64,000 bases of DNA from Methylophilaceae bacterium (GTDB lineage Bacteria; Pseudomonadota; Gammaproteobacteria; Burkholderiales; Methylophilaceae): contig JBPOFK010000001.1 in assembly GCA_051252095.1 (NCBI GenBank), positions 23,922 through 87,921 of the forward strand. Direction: 5' to 3'. The position numbers and the translations under genes were made by a program. This document shows positions 29,474-38,988 of the stretch, piece by piece (position 1 is the stretch's first letter; each line of letters starts with the position of its first letter). Below the pieces are notes generated by a model. It saw only the letters and a list, made by a program, of their open reading frames with translations. It was not told where the DNA came from and searched no databases.

Positions 29474-30196
29474 TTAGAGTTTAAAGTCTCTACCTAAATA
29501 TACTTCACGCACGTCTTCGTTTGCGACAATTTCTGCAGGGCTACCTGAGGCAAAGACAGTGCCTTCATTGACAATATAAGCGCGATCACAAATACCTAAA
29601 GTCTCGCGCACATTATGGTCTGTAATCAATACCCCTATTTTGCGTGATGCCAAAAACCGAATAATTTTTTGAATGTCTAGTACTGCAATTGGATCAATTC
29701 CTGCAAAAGGCTCGTCGAGTAAGATGAAACTTGGGTCTGCAGCTAAACAACGCGCAATTTCAACACGTCGACGTTCACCACCCGACAGACTAACAGCACT
29801 GTTGTCACGAATATGCAGTATGTGCAAGTCGTGCAGTAAAGACTCAAGTCGTGCTTGTATTTTTTCTTCGGATAAACCTTGCAACTCAAGTACGGCCAAT
29901 ATGTTTTCTGTTACGGTCAATTTTCTAAAAATGGATGGCTCTTGTGGTAAGTAAGCTAAACCCATTTGCGCACGTAAATGGATGGGCATGCGACTAAGAT
30001 TCTTACCGTCTAATGTGATTTCTCCAGCTTGTAGTGGTACAAGACCTACCATCATATAAAAACTGGTTGTTTTACCCGCACCATTTGGACCTAGTAATCC
30101 GACGACTTCTCCACTTTTAATATTTAACGAAATATCATGCACAACCGTGCGTGATTTAAATGATTTACGAAGGTTTTTTACGACAAGTTCACTCAT
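29474..30196 (-). CDS. lptB: LPS export ABC transporter ATP-binding protein
   Basis: 240 aa. [30 protein letters not shown]. Confidence 0.95.
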   Translation of the reverse strand: MSELVVKNLRKSFKSRTVVHDISLNIKSGEVVGLLGPNGAGKTTSFYMMVGLVPLQAGEITLDGKNLSRMPIHLRAQMGLAYLPQEPSIFRKLTVTENILAVLELQGLSEEKIQARLESLLHDLHILHIRDNSAVSLSGGERRRVEIARCLAADPSFILLDEPFAGIDPIAVLDIQKIIRFLASRKIGVLITDHNVRETLGICDRAYIVNEGTVFASGSPAEIVANEDVREVYLGRDFKL

Positions 30197-30204
30197 GTTG
30201 TTCT

Positions 30205-30822
30205 TTATTCATTAGGTAACTTAAGTTCGTTACTTAGCTTTAGTTTGTTGGTAATGCTAGAAGTGTCAGGTTGGGGCTGCGGAGTTGGGGGCACTGGTGT
30301 GCTTTCTTGTTTGTTTTTAGGTTGAATAATCGCTCTAACTCTGCCGCTAGATGAACCTGCGCTTTCTGATTTTTTACCACCAATCACTTCTGCATACTCT
30401 GCATTTGCGTCATAACTAATGTAATCACCATAAACAATATCTTCTCCACGTTTTACCCATGCTTTGGTGTAGAGCTGCACCTTATCCATCCTGCCATCAT
30501 ATTCTATTCGCCGTCCACTGCCAGTCATATACTCATTTTTACCTTCACGCTTTTGTTTGAAAGTTGTTGGGTTCCCCGTTGATGTGCTGTGCTGAAAACC
30601 ATTTCGATCCTCACGAACAATCAGTTTATCTGCGTGAATAACCAATGTCCCTTGCGTCAAAATGACATTGCCTAGGTATGTGCTAATCTTTTTGGCATCA
30701 TCCACAATCACGCTATCGGCTTCAAGCTCAATAGGTTTATTTCTGTCAGCAGCTTCTGCAAAAGCATTGATGCTTGCGCATAAGCTAATAATTGCAATGC
30801 TGGCACGAAAGAGAATGTTCAT
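30205..30822 (-). CDS. lptA: LPS transport periplasmic protein LptA
   Basis: 205 aa. Signal peptide and OstA-like repeats ([22 protein letters not shown]), with a Pro-rich C-terminal tail. Positioned between lptC and lptB. Confidence 0.88.
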   Translation of the reverse strand: MNILFRASIAIISLCASINAFAEAADRNKPIELEADSVIVDDAKKISTYLGNVILTQGTLVIHADKLIVREDRNGFQHSTSTGNPTTFKQKREGKNEYMTGSGRRIEYDGRMDKVQLYTKAWVKRGEDIVYGDYISYDANAEYAEVIGGKKSESAGSSSGRVRAIIQPKNKQESTPVPPTPQPQPDTSSITNKLKLSNELKLPNE

Positions 30823-30855
30823 TATTTCACCATGTTTTCTTAATGAGGTTTATTG

Positions 30856-31455
30856 TTAATTAATAGACCGTTTTGCCTTACTGTTAGGCTTTTCATAATG
30901 CGCGTTCACGCGCTGTAGCAATTGCACTGTTTTTTTGTTTTTATCATAAATCATACCCGTTGCATGAATCACCGTTTTTGGTGCTTGCTTAATCACTACA
31001 GGTCTGTCAGTTTTAGCTAAATCCTGATTTGGGAAAATAACCAGTTTATCAGTCAGCACCTGCATCTCGCCCCTGTCAGCAGTGGCTTGCCTGACGACCA
31101 CGACATCATCTATCACCTCTATTTCTTTACCATCGCTTGAAACATTTGCTAGTTTTCCTTTGATTTTTGTGTAAGGTTTATCGACCGCGTATTGTGTGAA
31201 TTTCGGTAGCGTTAGTATAGTGCTATCGTCGTCTGGGTAGTGAGTCATTTTAGCAGCGGCTAGCACATAACGTAATTTTCCATCTGTATCTGTTTGTGTT
31301 GTCACAAAGTTTTTCATAATGTAGTCAGGGTCATGGCGATTGCTGCCGTCATTTTTAGGTCCTTGCTGCTCAACTGTGTGGTAAATCCAGAAAGTGAGCA
31401 ACGCCATTAGGCCTGCTAGGACTAAAGGGAAAACAATTGCTGTGCGGTTAATCAT
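30856..31455 (-). CDS. lptC: LPS export system protein LptC
   Basis: 199 aa. Single N-terminal TM anchor. Positioned between kdsC and lptA. Confidence 0.85.
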   Translation of the reverse strand: MINRTAIVFPLVLAGLMALLTFWIYHTVEQQGPKNDGSNRHDPDYIMKNFVTTQTDTDGKLRYVLAAAKMTHYPDDDSTILTLPKFTQYAVDKPYTKIKGKLANVSSDGKEIEVIDDVVVVRQATADRGEMQVLTDKLVIFPNQDLAKTDRPVVIKQAPKTVIHATGMIYDKNKKTVQLLQRVNAHYEKPNSKAKRSIN

Positions 31456-31479
31456 ATTTGTGGATGGCCAAAAAATTCA

Positions 31480-32022
31480 TTATTTAAAATATTTGGCAGT
31501 AACGGCATCGTAAGTACCCTGTGCACGCATGATGAGTTCGCACACTTCCCGAACTGCACCTTTGCCACCTTGTCTTGTTGTTAAATAGTGTGCGCGCTCT
31601 TTGACGGTATCAGGTGCGGCTGGAACAGTAATAGCTAAGCCGCAACGTAACATAGGAGGGATATCCACAATATCATCGCCCATAAAAGCAGCTTCTTCAG
31701 CCGTTATACCAAGCTTCTTAATTAAATCATTAAAAGCGTCTAGCTTATCTTCTATCCCTTGGTAGAAATATTTAATACCCGTAGTTTCTGCACGTGTTTT
31801 CACGACTTGTGAAGTACGTCCTGTGATAATAGCCATTTGGACGGGTGTTCTTTTAAGCAGCTTCATACCAAGGCCGTCATGAGAGTGAAATGTTTTATAT
31901 TCTTGCCCATCATCACCAATCATTAAACCGCCATCTGTCATTACTCCATCAACATCAAAAACGACCACTTTAATTTTTTTTGCACGCGCTGTAATTTCAT
32001 CTGTGACTGTTGTTACACTCAA
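31480..32022 (-). CDS. kdsC: 3-deoxy-D-manno-octulosonate 8-phosphate phosphatase
   Basis: 180 aa with a TTG start. HAD motif VVFDVDGVMTDG..HDGLGMKLL. Confidence 0.92.
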   Translation of the reverse strand: MSVTTVTDEITARAKKIKVVVFDVDGVMTDGGLMIGDDGQEYKTFHSHDGLGMKLLKRTPVQMAIITGRTSQVVKTRAETTGIKYFYQGIEDKLDAFNDLIKKLGITAEEAAFMGDDIVDIPPMLRCGLAITVPAAPDTVKERAHYLTTRQGGKGAVREVCELIMRAQGTYDAVTAKYFK

Positions 32023-32040
32023 TTTTTATCTTCTTTCCAA

Positions 32041-33054
32041 TTAAACTATTTTTGCTACTAATAAGTCATGCATATTAAATGCACCAACTAATTTTCCATC
32101 AGTATCTGTGACCAGTAAGCCATTAATTTTCTTTTTCTCCATGAGCTCCACAGCCTCTGCTGCGAGCTTTTCAGCTTGAATGGTATTCGGACTTATGTGC
32201 ATTACATCAGCAATCTTCGTCGATTCTGTGTGGTGATTGTTTGCAAATGATCGGCGTAAATCACCGTCTGTAAAGATGCCAATCAATTGATGTTGTTCAT
32301 TTACAATTGCCGTAAGGCCTAAGCTTTTTTCCGTCATTTCGATTAGCGCATCCGCCATTGAGGCATGCTCTAGGACATATGGAACAGCAGCGCCTGTGCG
32401 CATAATGTCTTTAACACGTGTGAATAATCGCCTACCCAAATTACCACCTGGATGTGATTTAGCAAAGTCTTCAGCAGAAAACTCTCGATGATCTAATACG
32501 CAAACAGCAAGTGCATCTCCCAGCGCTAGTGCGGCAGTTGTGCTAGCCGTGGGTGCAAGACCCAAAGGACATGCTTCTTGTGATACTTCTGCGCTGAGGT
32601 GAATGTGTGATTCATTGGCTAAAGTTGACGTCGCTTTACCTGTGATGCTAATAATTTTTGCACCAAGTCTTTTAATAGTGGGAATGATATTCAGTAGTTC
32701 GTCACTTTCACCTGAGTTAGATAGCGCAATCACTATGTCACCATTTGTGATCATGCCCAAATCACCATGGCTTGCTTCTGCAGGGTGCATAAAAAATGCA
32801 GGTGTACCTGTGCTGGCAAAGGTTGCTGCGATTTTGCCGCCAATATGACCTGATTTTCCCATGCCGCTGACTACAACGCGGCCTTTACATTGTAAAATGA
32901 GTTCTACTGCGGCTTCAAAATTTTTATCTAGTCTATCGGCTAGTGCTTCAATTTCTTTTGCCTCAATGCGCAATACATTGCGCGCAAGGTCGAGCGCTGA
33001 TCGTTTTGTCGCGTGTGGCAATTCCGTTTGAAGTAATGTAGGACTCATATACAA
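32041..33054 (-). CDS. kdsD: arabinose-5-phosphate isomerase (SIS + tandem CBS)
   Basis: 337 aa. VVVSGMGKSGHIG, SNSGES, and C-terminal CBS pair. Confidence 0.94.
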   Translation of the reverse strand: MYMSPTLLQTELPHATKRSALDLARNVLRIEAKEIEALADRLDKNFEAAVELILQCKGRVVVSGMGKSGHIGGKIAATFASTGTPAFFMHPAEASHGDLGMITNGDIVIALSNSGESDELLNIIPTIKRLGAKIISITGKATSTLANESHIHLSAEVSQEACPLGLAPTASTTAALALGDALAVCVLDHREFSAEDFAKSHPGGNLGRRLFTRVKDIMRTGAAVPYVLEHASMADALIEMTEKSLGLTAIVNEQHQLIGIFTDGDLRRSFANNHHTESTKIADVMHISPNTIQAEKLAAEAVELMEKKKINGLLVTDTDGKLVGAFNMHDLLVAKIV

Positions 33055-33122
33055 TTAGTATAAAAGGGATTTGGTCTTGAATAAAGAAAAAAAAGCGTGA
33101 TTTTGAGTAAATAAAAAATATC

Positions 33123-33138
33123 AGGCACATTTTTTGCA
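33123..33138 (+). promoter_or_regulatory. candidate sigma-54 (-24/-12) promoter upstream of the CPA2 antiporter gene
   Basis: aGGCACattttTTGCAt. GG at 33124-25 and GC at 33136-37 have the exact consensus spacing of TGGCAC-N5-TTGCW. It lies 55 nt upstream of the TTG start at 33193. Motif match only. Confidence 0.35.
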
Positions 33139-33192
33139 TCAACCACATACTTTATGCTAAATATAAATAACTGTTTTTAAGAAAGCACACTA

Positions 33193-35172
33193 TTGTTTAA
33201 CTCACTCGCCAGTTTGTTACTTGTATTGACTAGCTCCGTTTTAGCCGTTGCCTTTTTTCGTGCCATGCGCTTGCCACCGATGTTGGCTTATTTTATCGTG
33301 GGTGTTTTATTTGGACCATATGCATTCGCATTGCTCCCAGATACAGAGTCAGGTCGTCATTTAGCGGAGTTTGGTATTGTTTTTTTAATGTTTAGCATAG
33401 GCTTGGAGTTTAGTTTGCCCAAGCTTTATGCTATGCGCAAGACCTTGTTTGGGCTGGGTGGTGCGCAAGTTTTAATTACGATGTCCGCAATTATTCTAGC
33501 GGCCTGGCTTGCTGGATTTAGCTTTATTGTGGCTTTTATTGTAGCTTCAGCTTTAACCATGTCCTCAACAGCCATTGTCTCTAAAATACTAATGGAGCGA
33601 GTCGACTTAAACTCACGACATGGCCGCTTAAGTATTGGTGTTTTACTGTTTCAAGACTTAGCTGTTATTCCTATTCTCGTTTTAATTCCTGCACTTGGTT
33701 CAGAAGGTGCTGATTTAACAACCATTCTTGGCTTGTCATTTATTAAAACAGTTTTTTTATTATTCATTCTGTTCAAATTTGGTAAGTCTGTTATTAACTT
33801 CTGGTTTGGGCTTGTGGCACGGCAGCGTTCAAGAGAATTGTTTGTGATGAATGTGCTAATGGTCACTCTGCTACTTGCATTTGCCACAAATTTGGCAGGC
33901 CTTTCCTATGCGCTAGGTGCTTTTATTGCAGGTATGCTGATTTCCGAAACACGCTATCGTTATCAAGTTGAGTCGGATATTGCTTCATTTCGCGATATTT
34001 TAATGGGCATCTTTTTTATCAGTGTCGGTATGCTGCTGGATTTTAATTACTTAGCTCATAATATTTTGCTCGTTTCATTCTTATTAATTTTGTTTGTGCT
34101 TTTTAAAGCGGTTGTGATTGCTATATTAGTTAGGATTTATGGTTTTGAGTGGGGAGTAGGTATTCGAACTGGGGTTATCCTTGCCCAGGCAGGCGAGTTT
34201 GGTTTTGTGATTTTAACCTTAGGATTGAATCGTAATTTAATAGGCGGTGATGAGCTTCAGCTAGTCCTTTCAGCCTGCTTGTTATCAATGGTGATGGCGC
34301 CATTTATTATTCAATATAACGGGCGTATTGCACGTAGATTAGCTAAAAGCTATATTGCTAATACAAGTGAAAAAGTGGAAGCTATCGAACATATTGGCAA
34401 GGGCTTGTCTGATCATGTGATTTTGTGTGGATATGGAAGAAGCGGCCAGTATCTTGGTCGTTTTTTAAAAGAAGAAAATATTCCTTTTGTTGCTTTGGAT
34501 ATAGACCCAACGCGCGTGCATGAAGCGACAGTGGCCGGGGAACATGTGATGTACGGAGACGCCAGTCGTAATGCGGTATTGCATGCTGCAGGCGCGGACA
34601 ATGCTAAAGCGTTAATTGTGAGTTATTCTGATATGCGCTCTTCAATGAAGATATTGCATGTCACTCAAGAAAACTATCCAAACTTGCCAGTCATAGTGCG
34701 CACTTCAGATGAAACCCATATGGAAGACTTTAGACGTGCAGGTGCAACAGAAGTTGTACCAGAGGTGCTAGAAGGAAGTTTGATGTTGGCATCACATGCA
34801 CTCGTTATTCTTGGTGTCCCAATAAACCGAGTTGTGAAACGCATCCGCATGTTTCGCGAAGAACGGTATCAAATGTTTAAAGGTTATTTCCGTGGCGTAT
34901 CAGATGTCAGTGCTGATTTTGGCGATACACAACAGCTTCGATTACATCCTGTTGAAATAAGTAAGAATGCCTATGCTTGCAAGTTACGTTTAGATCATTT
35001 AGAGCTGGATCAATTCGATGTCGAAATTCAACATCTGCGTCGACCCAATATGCGGACTGATATTTCACCACGTCCAGACATTGTTTTAGGTGAAGGCGAT
35101 ATTTTGGTTCTGCTTGGTCCGCAAGAGGGGATTGTTGCTGCTGAAATTTATTTAGTTTCAGGACAAAGATAA
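33193..35172 (+). CDS. monovalent cation:proton antiporter-2 (CPA2) family protein with TrkA-N/TrkA-C domains (YbaL/KefB-like)
   Basis: 659 aa with a TTG start. 12-13 TM Na_H exchanger core, then a Rossmann motif VILCGYGRSGQ and a C-terminal TrkA-C-like domain. Confidence 0.88.
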   Translation: MFNSLASLLLVLTSSVLAVAFFRAMRLPPMLAYFIVGVLFGPYAFALLPDTESGRHLAEFGIVFLMFSIGLEFSLPKLYAMRKTLFGLGGAQVLITMSAIILAAWLAGFSFIVAFIVASALTMSSTAIVSKILMERVDLNSRHGRLSIGVLLFQDLAVIPILVLIPALGSEGADLTTILGLSFIKTVFLLFILFKFGKSVINFWFGLVARQRSRELFVMNVLMVTLLLAFATNLAGLSYALGAFIAGMLISETRYRYQVESDIASFRDILMGIFFISVGMLLDFNYLAHNILLVSFLLILFVLFKAVVIAILVRIYGFEWGVGIRTGVILAQAGEFGFVILTLGLNRNLIGGDELQLVLSACLLSMVMAPFIIQYNGRIARRLAKSYIANTSEKVEAIEHIGKGLSDHVILCGYGRSGQYLGRFLKEENIPFVALDIDPTRVHEATVAGEHVMYGDASRNAVLHAAGADNAKALIVSYSDMRSSMKILHVTQENYPNLPVIVRTSDETHMEDFRRAGATEVVPEVLEGSLMLASHALVILGVPINRVVKRIRMFREERYQMFKGYFRGVSDVSADFGDTQQLRLHPVEISKNAYACKLRLDHLELDQFDVEIQHLRRPNMRTDISPRPDIVLGEGDILVLLGPQEGIVAAEIYLVSGQR

Positions 35173-35253
35173 ATTTTTTGTTTATTGTACTTAGGTCAGG
35201 TTGCGCTTAAATTAAGCACAGAATATGTATTTGATTTGCAAGATTATGATAAT

Positions 35254-35733
35254 TTACTCTGGCTGCAACCAGTGACCTGATTTCCCACCTTTTTTTTCAA
35301 GCAACTTTATATTACTCATCATCATGCCTCTATCAACGGCTTTGCACATGTCATAAATCGTGAGCAGCCCAACATTGACGGCAGTCAGCGCTTCCATTTC
35401 AACACCAGTTTGACCCGTTGTCTCAGCGGTTGCTTTACAGCTAATACAATTCTGATTCTCGTCTACTGTGAAATCAATGGCTAGCTTGCTAAGGCTAATG
35501 GGATGGCATAGGGGTATTAAATCAGCAGTCTTCTTGGAAGCTTGAATCGCTGCGATACGCGCAATCCCCAATACATCGCCTTTTTTTGCGCTACCAGACT
35601 GGATTAGCTGCAATGTACTCGCTAGCATATGAATTTGACCTGAGGCAATGGCAATACGACGGGTAGAGGCTTTGTCTCCGACATCAACCATATGAGCTTG
35701 TCCTTGCTTGTCAAAGTGCGTTAATGTATCCAT
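35254..35733 (-). CDS. moaC: cyclic pyranopterin monophosphate synthase
   Basis: Start at ATG 35733 ([21 protein letters not shown]), not the 18-codon-longer track ORF. Motifs LIPLCHP and [10 protein letters not shown]. Confidence 0.94.
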   Translation of the reverse strand: MDTLTHFDKQGQAHMVDVGDKASTRRIAIASGQIHMLASTLQLIQSGSAKKGDVLGIARIAAIQASKKTADLIPLCHPISLSKLAIDFTVDENQNCISCKATAETTGQTGVEMEALTAVNVGLLTIYDMCKAVDRGMMMSNIKLLEKKGGKSGHWLQPE

Positions 35734-35816
35734 TTGTGACTTCCTTTTGTCGATTTTGTGTGAACTTGCACTTAATCGCATTATCATATCAATACTTTAT
35801 GAATGACAATATTAAA

Positions 35817-37319
35817 ATGCAACATTTCTTATATGCATTAATGCTGCTGGGTTTGCTTATTACACCCGTAGTTAATGCTGATGATACGCTTTCCGGTAAG
35901 CCTTATACAAAATCCATTGATTTGGACACCAGCTTACCTGATGACTTACATGATGACTTGCCTGAGCTGGGAGATGTGTCAGAGACCGTCTTATCTGCAC
36001 AAGATGAACAGCGCATTGCCGAACAAATTTTGGCAGAGGTGGCTGTAAGTGATGAAGTGTTGCAAGATGTTGAAATTGTGGATTATTTACAGTCACTAGG
36101 CGCGCGCTTGGCAGCAGCGAGTGATGACAAGCAACAGAATTTCTACTTTTTTGTAGTAAAAGACCCATCAATCAATGCATTTGCAATGCCAGGCGGGGTA
36201 ATTGGGGTGCATACTGGTTTATTTTTAGCTTCTAATACTGAGTCTGAATTGGCAGGTGTGTTGGGCCATGAAATTGGACATGTGACGCAACATCACTTAG
36301 CACGAATGCTCGCAAAGCAAAAAACAGATACGTTTAAAAATATTGCAGGAATCGCTTTGGCGCTATTAGTCGCTCGTTCAAACCCACAGTTGGCTTCAGG
36401 CGCATTGTCAGCATCATCTGCGGCAGGTATACAAAGGCAACTAGACTATACAAGAGCACATGAGCGTGAAGCAGATCGGGTTGGGTTAAGCATTCTTGAT
36501 AATGCCGGGTTTGATCCACGTGGGATGCCTGCATTTTTCACAACGTTGCAAAGAGGTTCTCGCTTTGTGGATGGCAGTGCTCCAAGCTTTTTAAGAACGC
36601 ATCCGCTTACTACTGAGCGAATTACCGATGTAGAGAACCGTGTTGCAAGTATGCCATATAAGCAAATAGCATCTAGTCTTGACTATTACTTTGTCAAAGC
36701 CAAGTTGCGAGCAAGTAGTGGATTGGCGCAAGCTGCCATTGATCAATTTAAGAACAACATTGCTGCTGGACGCTATGCAAATGAAACTTCGGAGCATTAT
36801 GGTTTAGCCTTAGCGATGCTCCGCAAGAGTGATGTTGGTGATGCAACTGAGCAAATTAAATGGTTAGATGCGCATGGTGCTAAAAGTGTTTTTGTTGAGA
36901 ATTTGAAAGCTCGAGTTGAAGTGGCTAAAAATAATCCTCAAAATGCAGCCAAGCAATATAAAGAAGCACTGCAGCGCTATCCAGATAACAGAGCCTTAAT
37001 TTACGGTTACGCAGAACATTTTCTGGCGATAAAAGATGCGAAGGCGACGATTACGTTGGTGAAAGAGAAGCAACACTTATATCCTAGAGATTCTTACTTT
37101 TACGAATTATTGGCTAAAGCTTATTATCTAGAACAGAAAGACTTGCTCAGGTATCAGGCTCAAGGTGAAGCCTATTATCGGCAATATAATTTGGATAAAG
37201 CAGTGGAGCAAATGGAATTTGCCACTAAAGCCAAAGATGGGACTTTTTATGAGAAATCAATTGTTGAGGCGCGGCTGAAAGAGCTGCAACGGATGCAAAG
37301 TTATAGGATAAAGGGCTAA
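35817..37319 (+). CDS. M48 family metalloprotease with C-terminal TPR region (BepA/YfgC-like)
   Basis: Start at ATG 35817 (or 35799), which gives the signal peptide MQHFLYALMLLGLLITPVVNA. HEIGHV zinc motif and TPR-like C-terminal half. Confidence 0.85.
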   Translation: MQHFLYALMLLGLLITPVVNADDTLSGKPYTKSIDLDTSLPDDLHDDLPELGDVSETVLSAQDEQRIAEQILAEVAVSDEVLQDVEIVDYLQSLGARLAAASDDKQQNFYFFVVKDPSINAFAMPGGVIGVHTGLFLASNTESELAGVLGHEIGHVTQHHLARMLAKQKTDTFKNIAGIALALLVARSNPQLASGALSASSAAGIQRQLDYTRAHEREADRVGLSILDNAGFDPRGMPAFFTTLQRGSRFVDGSAPSFLRTHPLTTERITDVENRVASMPYKQIASSLDYYFVKAKLRASSGLAQAAIDQFKNNIAAGRYANETSEHYGLALAMLRKSDVGDATEQIKWLDAHGAKSVFVENLKARVEVAKNNPQNAAKQYKEALQRYPDNRALIYGYAEHFLAIKDAKATITLVKEKQHLYPRDSYFYELLAKAYYLEQKDLLRYQAQGEAYYRQYNLDKAVEQMEFATKAKDGTFYEKSIVEARLKELQRMQSYRIKG

Positions 37320-37369
37320 GTTGCAGCTGAAACTTCAAGCGTTAGTCACTACCATGAGAATATACCGCA

Positions 37370-38149
37370 ATGAAGCGTAGAGATTTTTTAGGTTTAGGTC
37401 TATCGGCAATACTACTATTGCCGATGAAGTTATTTGCGGCTGTATGGAATAATGCGGCATTCAGTGCGCGTAATAATGAAGATGCAGAAAAAGAACTTTC
37501 AGTCAGTAATGAGATTGAGAGCAAAGATATTGAGATTAAAGCGCCAAGCCGAGCAGAAAATGGTGCGATTGTACAAGTAGAGGTTAATAGTCGTATACTC
37601 AATACAGAAGCGATTGCGCTACTGGTAGATAAGAACCCTACCGCTTTGATTGGTAATTATATGTTTGTGCAAGACGCTTTGCCCACCATGGTGACTAGGA
37701 TAAAGATGGCCGAGACTTCTGATATTAAAGTGATTGTAAAGTCAGGTAATCAATACTTTACAGCATCTAGACATGTCCAAGTATTAGAAAATGGTTGTGG
37801 CGGATCCGCTAGTGCAAACGAGAAATTTATCTCAAGTATGAAACTTAGAGCTAAGCTATCCACAGACACACCAAATGTAGCGCAACTTAAAGCCATTATT
37901 ACGCATCCCATGCATACAGGACAGGGTACAGATTTAAATGGAGAGATGATTCCTGCACATTTTATTCAAGTCGTGACGATTCACCATAACCAAAAGTCGG
38001 CAATTGAAATGCAACTGGGAACTGGGATTGCAAAAAATCCATATTTCACATTTTATCTTACAGATGCTAAGCTGGGTGACAAGGTTTACATTGAATGGTC
38101 TGATAACCTTGGTAATTCAGACAGTAATGAAACGTTTGTCATCGCATAA
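37370..38149 (+). CDS. Tat-exported SoxY-SoxZ fusion (SoxYZ-like sulfur carrier protein)
   Basis: 259 aa. Twin-arginine signal MKRRDFLGLG. The SoxY-like half ends in the carrier motif ENGCGGS. The SoxZ-like half has LRAKL..IITHPMHTGQ..IPAHFIQ..NPYFTFYL..W.DNLGN. Confidence 0.8.
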   Translation: MKRRDFLGLGLSAILLLPMKLFAAVWNNAAFSARNNEDAEKELSVSNEIESKDIEIKAPSRAENGAIVQVEVNSRILNTEAIALLVDKNPTALIGNYMFVQDALPTMVTRIKMAETSDIKVIVKSGNQYFTASRHVQVLENGCGGSASANEKFISSMKLRAKLSTDTPNVAQLKAIITHPMHTGQGTDLNGEMIPAHFIQVVTIHHNQKSAIEMQLGTGIAKNPYFTFYLTDAKLGDKVYIEWSDNLGNSDSNETFVIA

Positions 38150-38188
38150 ATGTCATACAAATACATTAAAGTATGATGTCATCAAATA

Positions 38189-38220
38189 TTGATGTGATAA
38201 ATTATATTAATCACATTGAT
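38189..38220. promoter_or_regulatory. dyad-symmetric candidate operator upstream of ahpC (LysR/OxyR-like T-N11-A geometry)
   Basis: TTGATGTGAT-aaattatatta-ATCACATTGAT. Perfect TGTGAT/ATCACA arms are separated by 11 nt, about 95 nt upstream of the ahpC ATG. Confidence 0.35.
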
Positions 38221-38313
38221 TAAAACAATCAAATTTACTAATTGTAGAAGTTTTTTTATAATTACGTTTATCAATCTTAAATAAAATTTATTAACCAGAG
38301 AGAAGGAAAAAAT

Positions 38314-38877
38314 ATGTCACTTATTAATACGCAAGTACAACCATTTAAAGCACAAGCTTTTCATAACGGTAAATTTATCGAAGTAACGGATGAAAGCTTA
38401 AAAGGGAAATGGTCTGTGTTGATTTTTATGCCAGCAGCTTTCACATTTAACTGCCCAACTGAGGTAGAGGATGCAGCAGACAATTATGCTGAGTTTCAGA
38501 AAGTAGGCGCAGAAGTGTATATCGTGACAACAGATACACATTTCTCACACAAAGTATGGCATGAAACTTCACCAGCTGTGGGTAAAGCTAAATTCCCGCT
38601 AATTGGTGACCCAACACATCAATTGACGAATGCTTTTGGCGTGCACATTCCTGAAGAAGGCTTGGCATTACGTGGTACTTTCATTATCAATCCTGAAGGC
38701 GTCATTAAAACGCTTGAAATTCATGATAATGCGATTGCACGTGATGTTAAAGAAACTGTACGTAAATTGAAGGCTGCAAAATTTGTTGCCGAGCATCCAA
38801 ATGAAGTATGTCCTGCTAAATGGAATGAAGGTTCACAAACCTTAACACCATCATTAGACTTGGTAGGTAAGATTTAA
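38314..38877 (+). CDS. ahpC: alkyl hydroperoxide reductase subunit C (2-Cys peroxiredoxin)
   Basis: 187 aa. FTFNCPTE peroxidatic Cys and EVCPAKW resolving Cys. Confidence 0.96.
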   Translation: MSLINTQVQPFKAQAFHNGKFIEVTDESLKGKWSVLIFMPAAFTFNCPTEVEDAADNYAEFQKVGAEVYIVTTDTHFSHKVWHETSPAVGKAKFPLIGDPTHQLTNAFGVHIPEEGLALRGTFIINPEGVIKTLEIHDNAIARDVKETVRKLKAAKFVAEHPNEVCPAKWNEGSQTLTPSLDLVGKI

Positions 38878-38988
38878 ATTTTTAATAGGTATTAGCTAGC
38901 TAAGACAAAACCTTAGCTGAAATTAAAACGGGCGTTGTCCAAAAGATAGCGCCTTTTTTGACCCTAAAATTAAGTAAAGAGAGCAAAT

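Noticed and set aside
35173-35253. Palindrome GCTTAA-A-TTAAGC between the convergent CPA2 and moaC genes as a bidirectional terminator
   Set aside because: The stem would have a 1-nt loop (effectively 5 bp or fewer), and it has no flanking A or T runs.
35734-35816. A Moco riboswitch upstream of moaC
   Set aside because: The divergent spacer is only about 65-85 nt, too short for the roughly 130-nt Moco element, and it lacks its conserved motifs.
38896-38953. Attenuating terminator between ahpC and ahpF
   Set aside because: AGCTAAG/CTTAGCT (7 bp, no U-tract) and GGCG/CGCC (4-5 bp, then T6) are both weak. This is plausible by analogy with enterobacterial ahpCF, but the sequence evidence alone does not support it.
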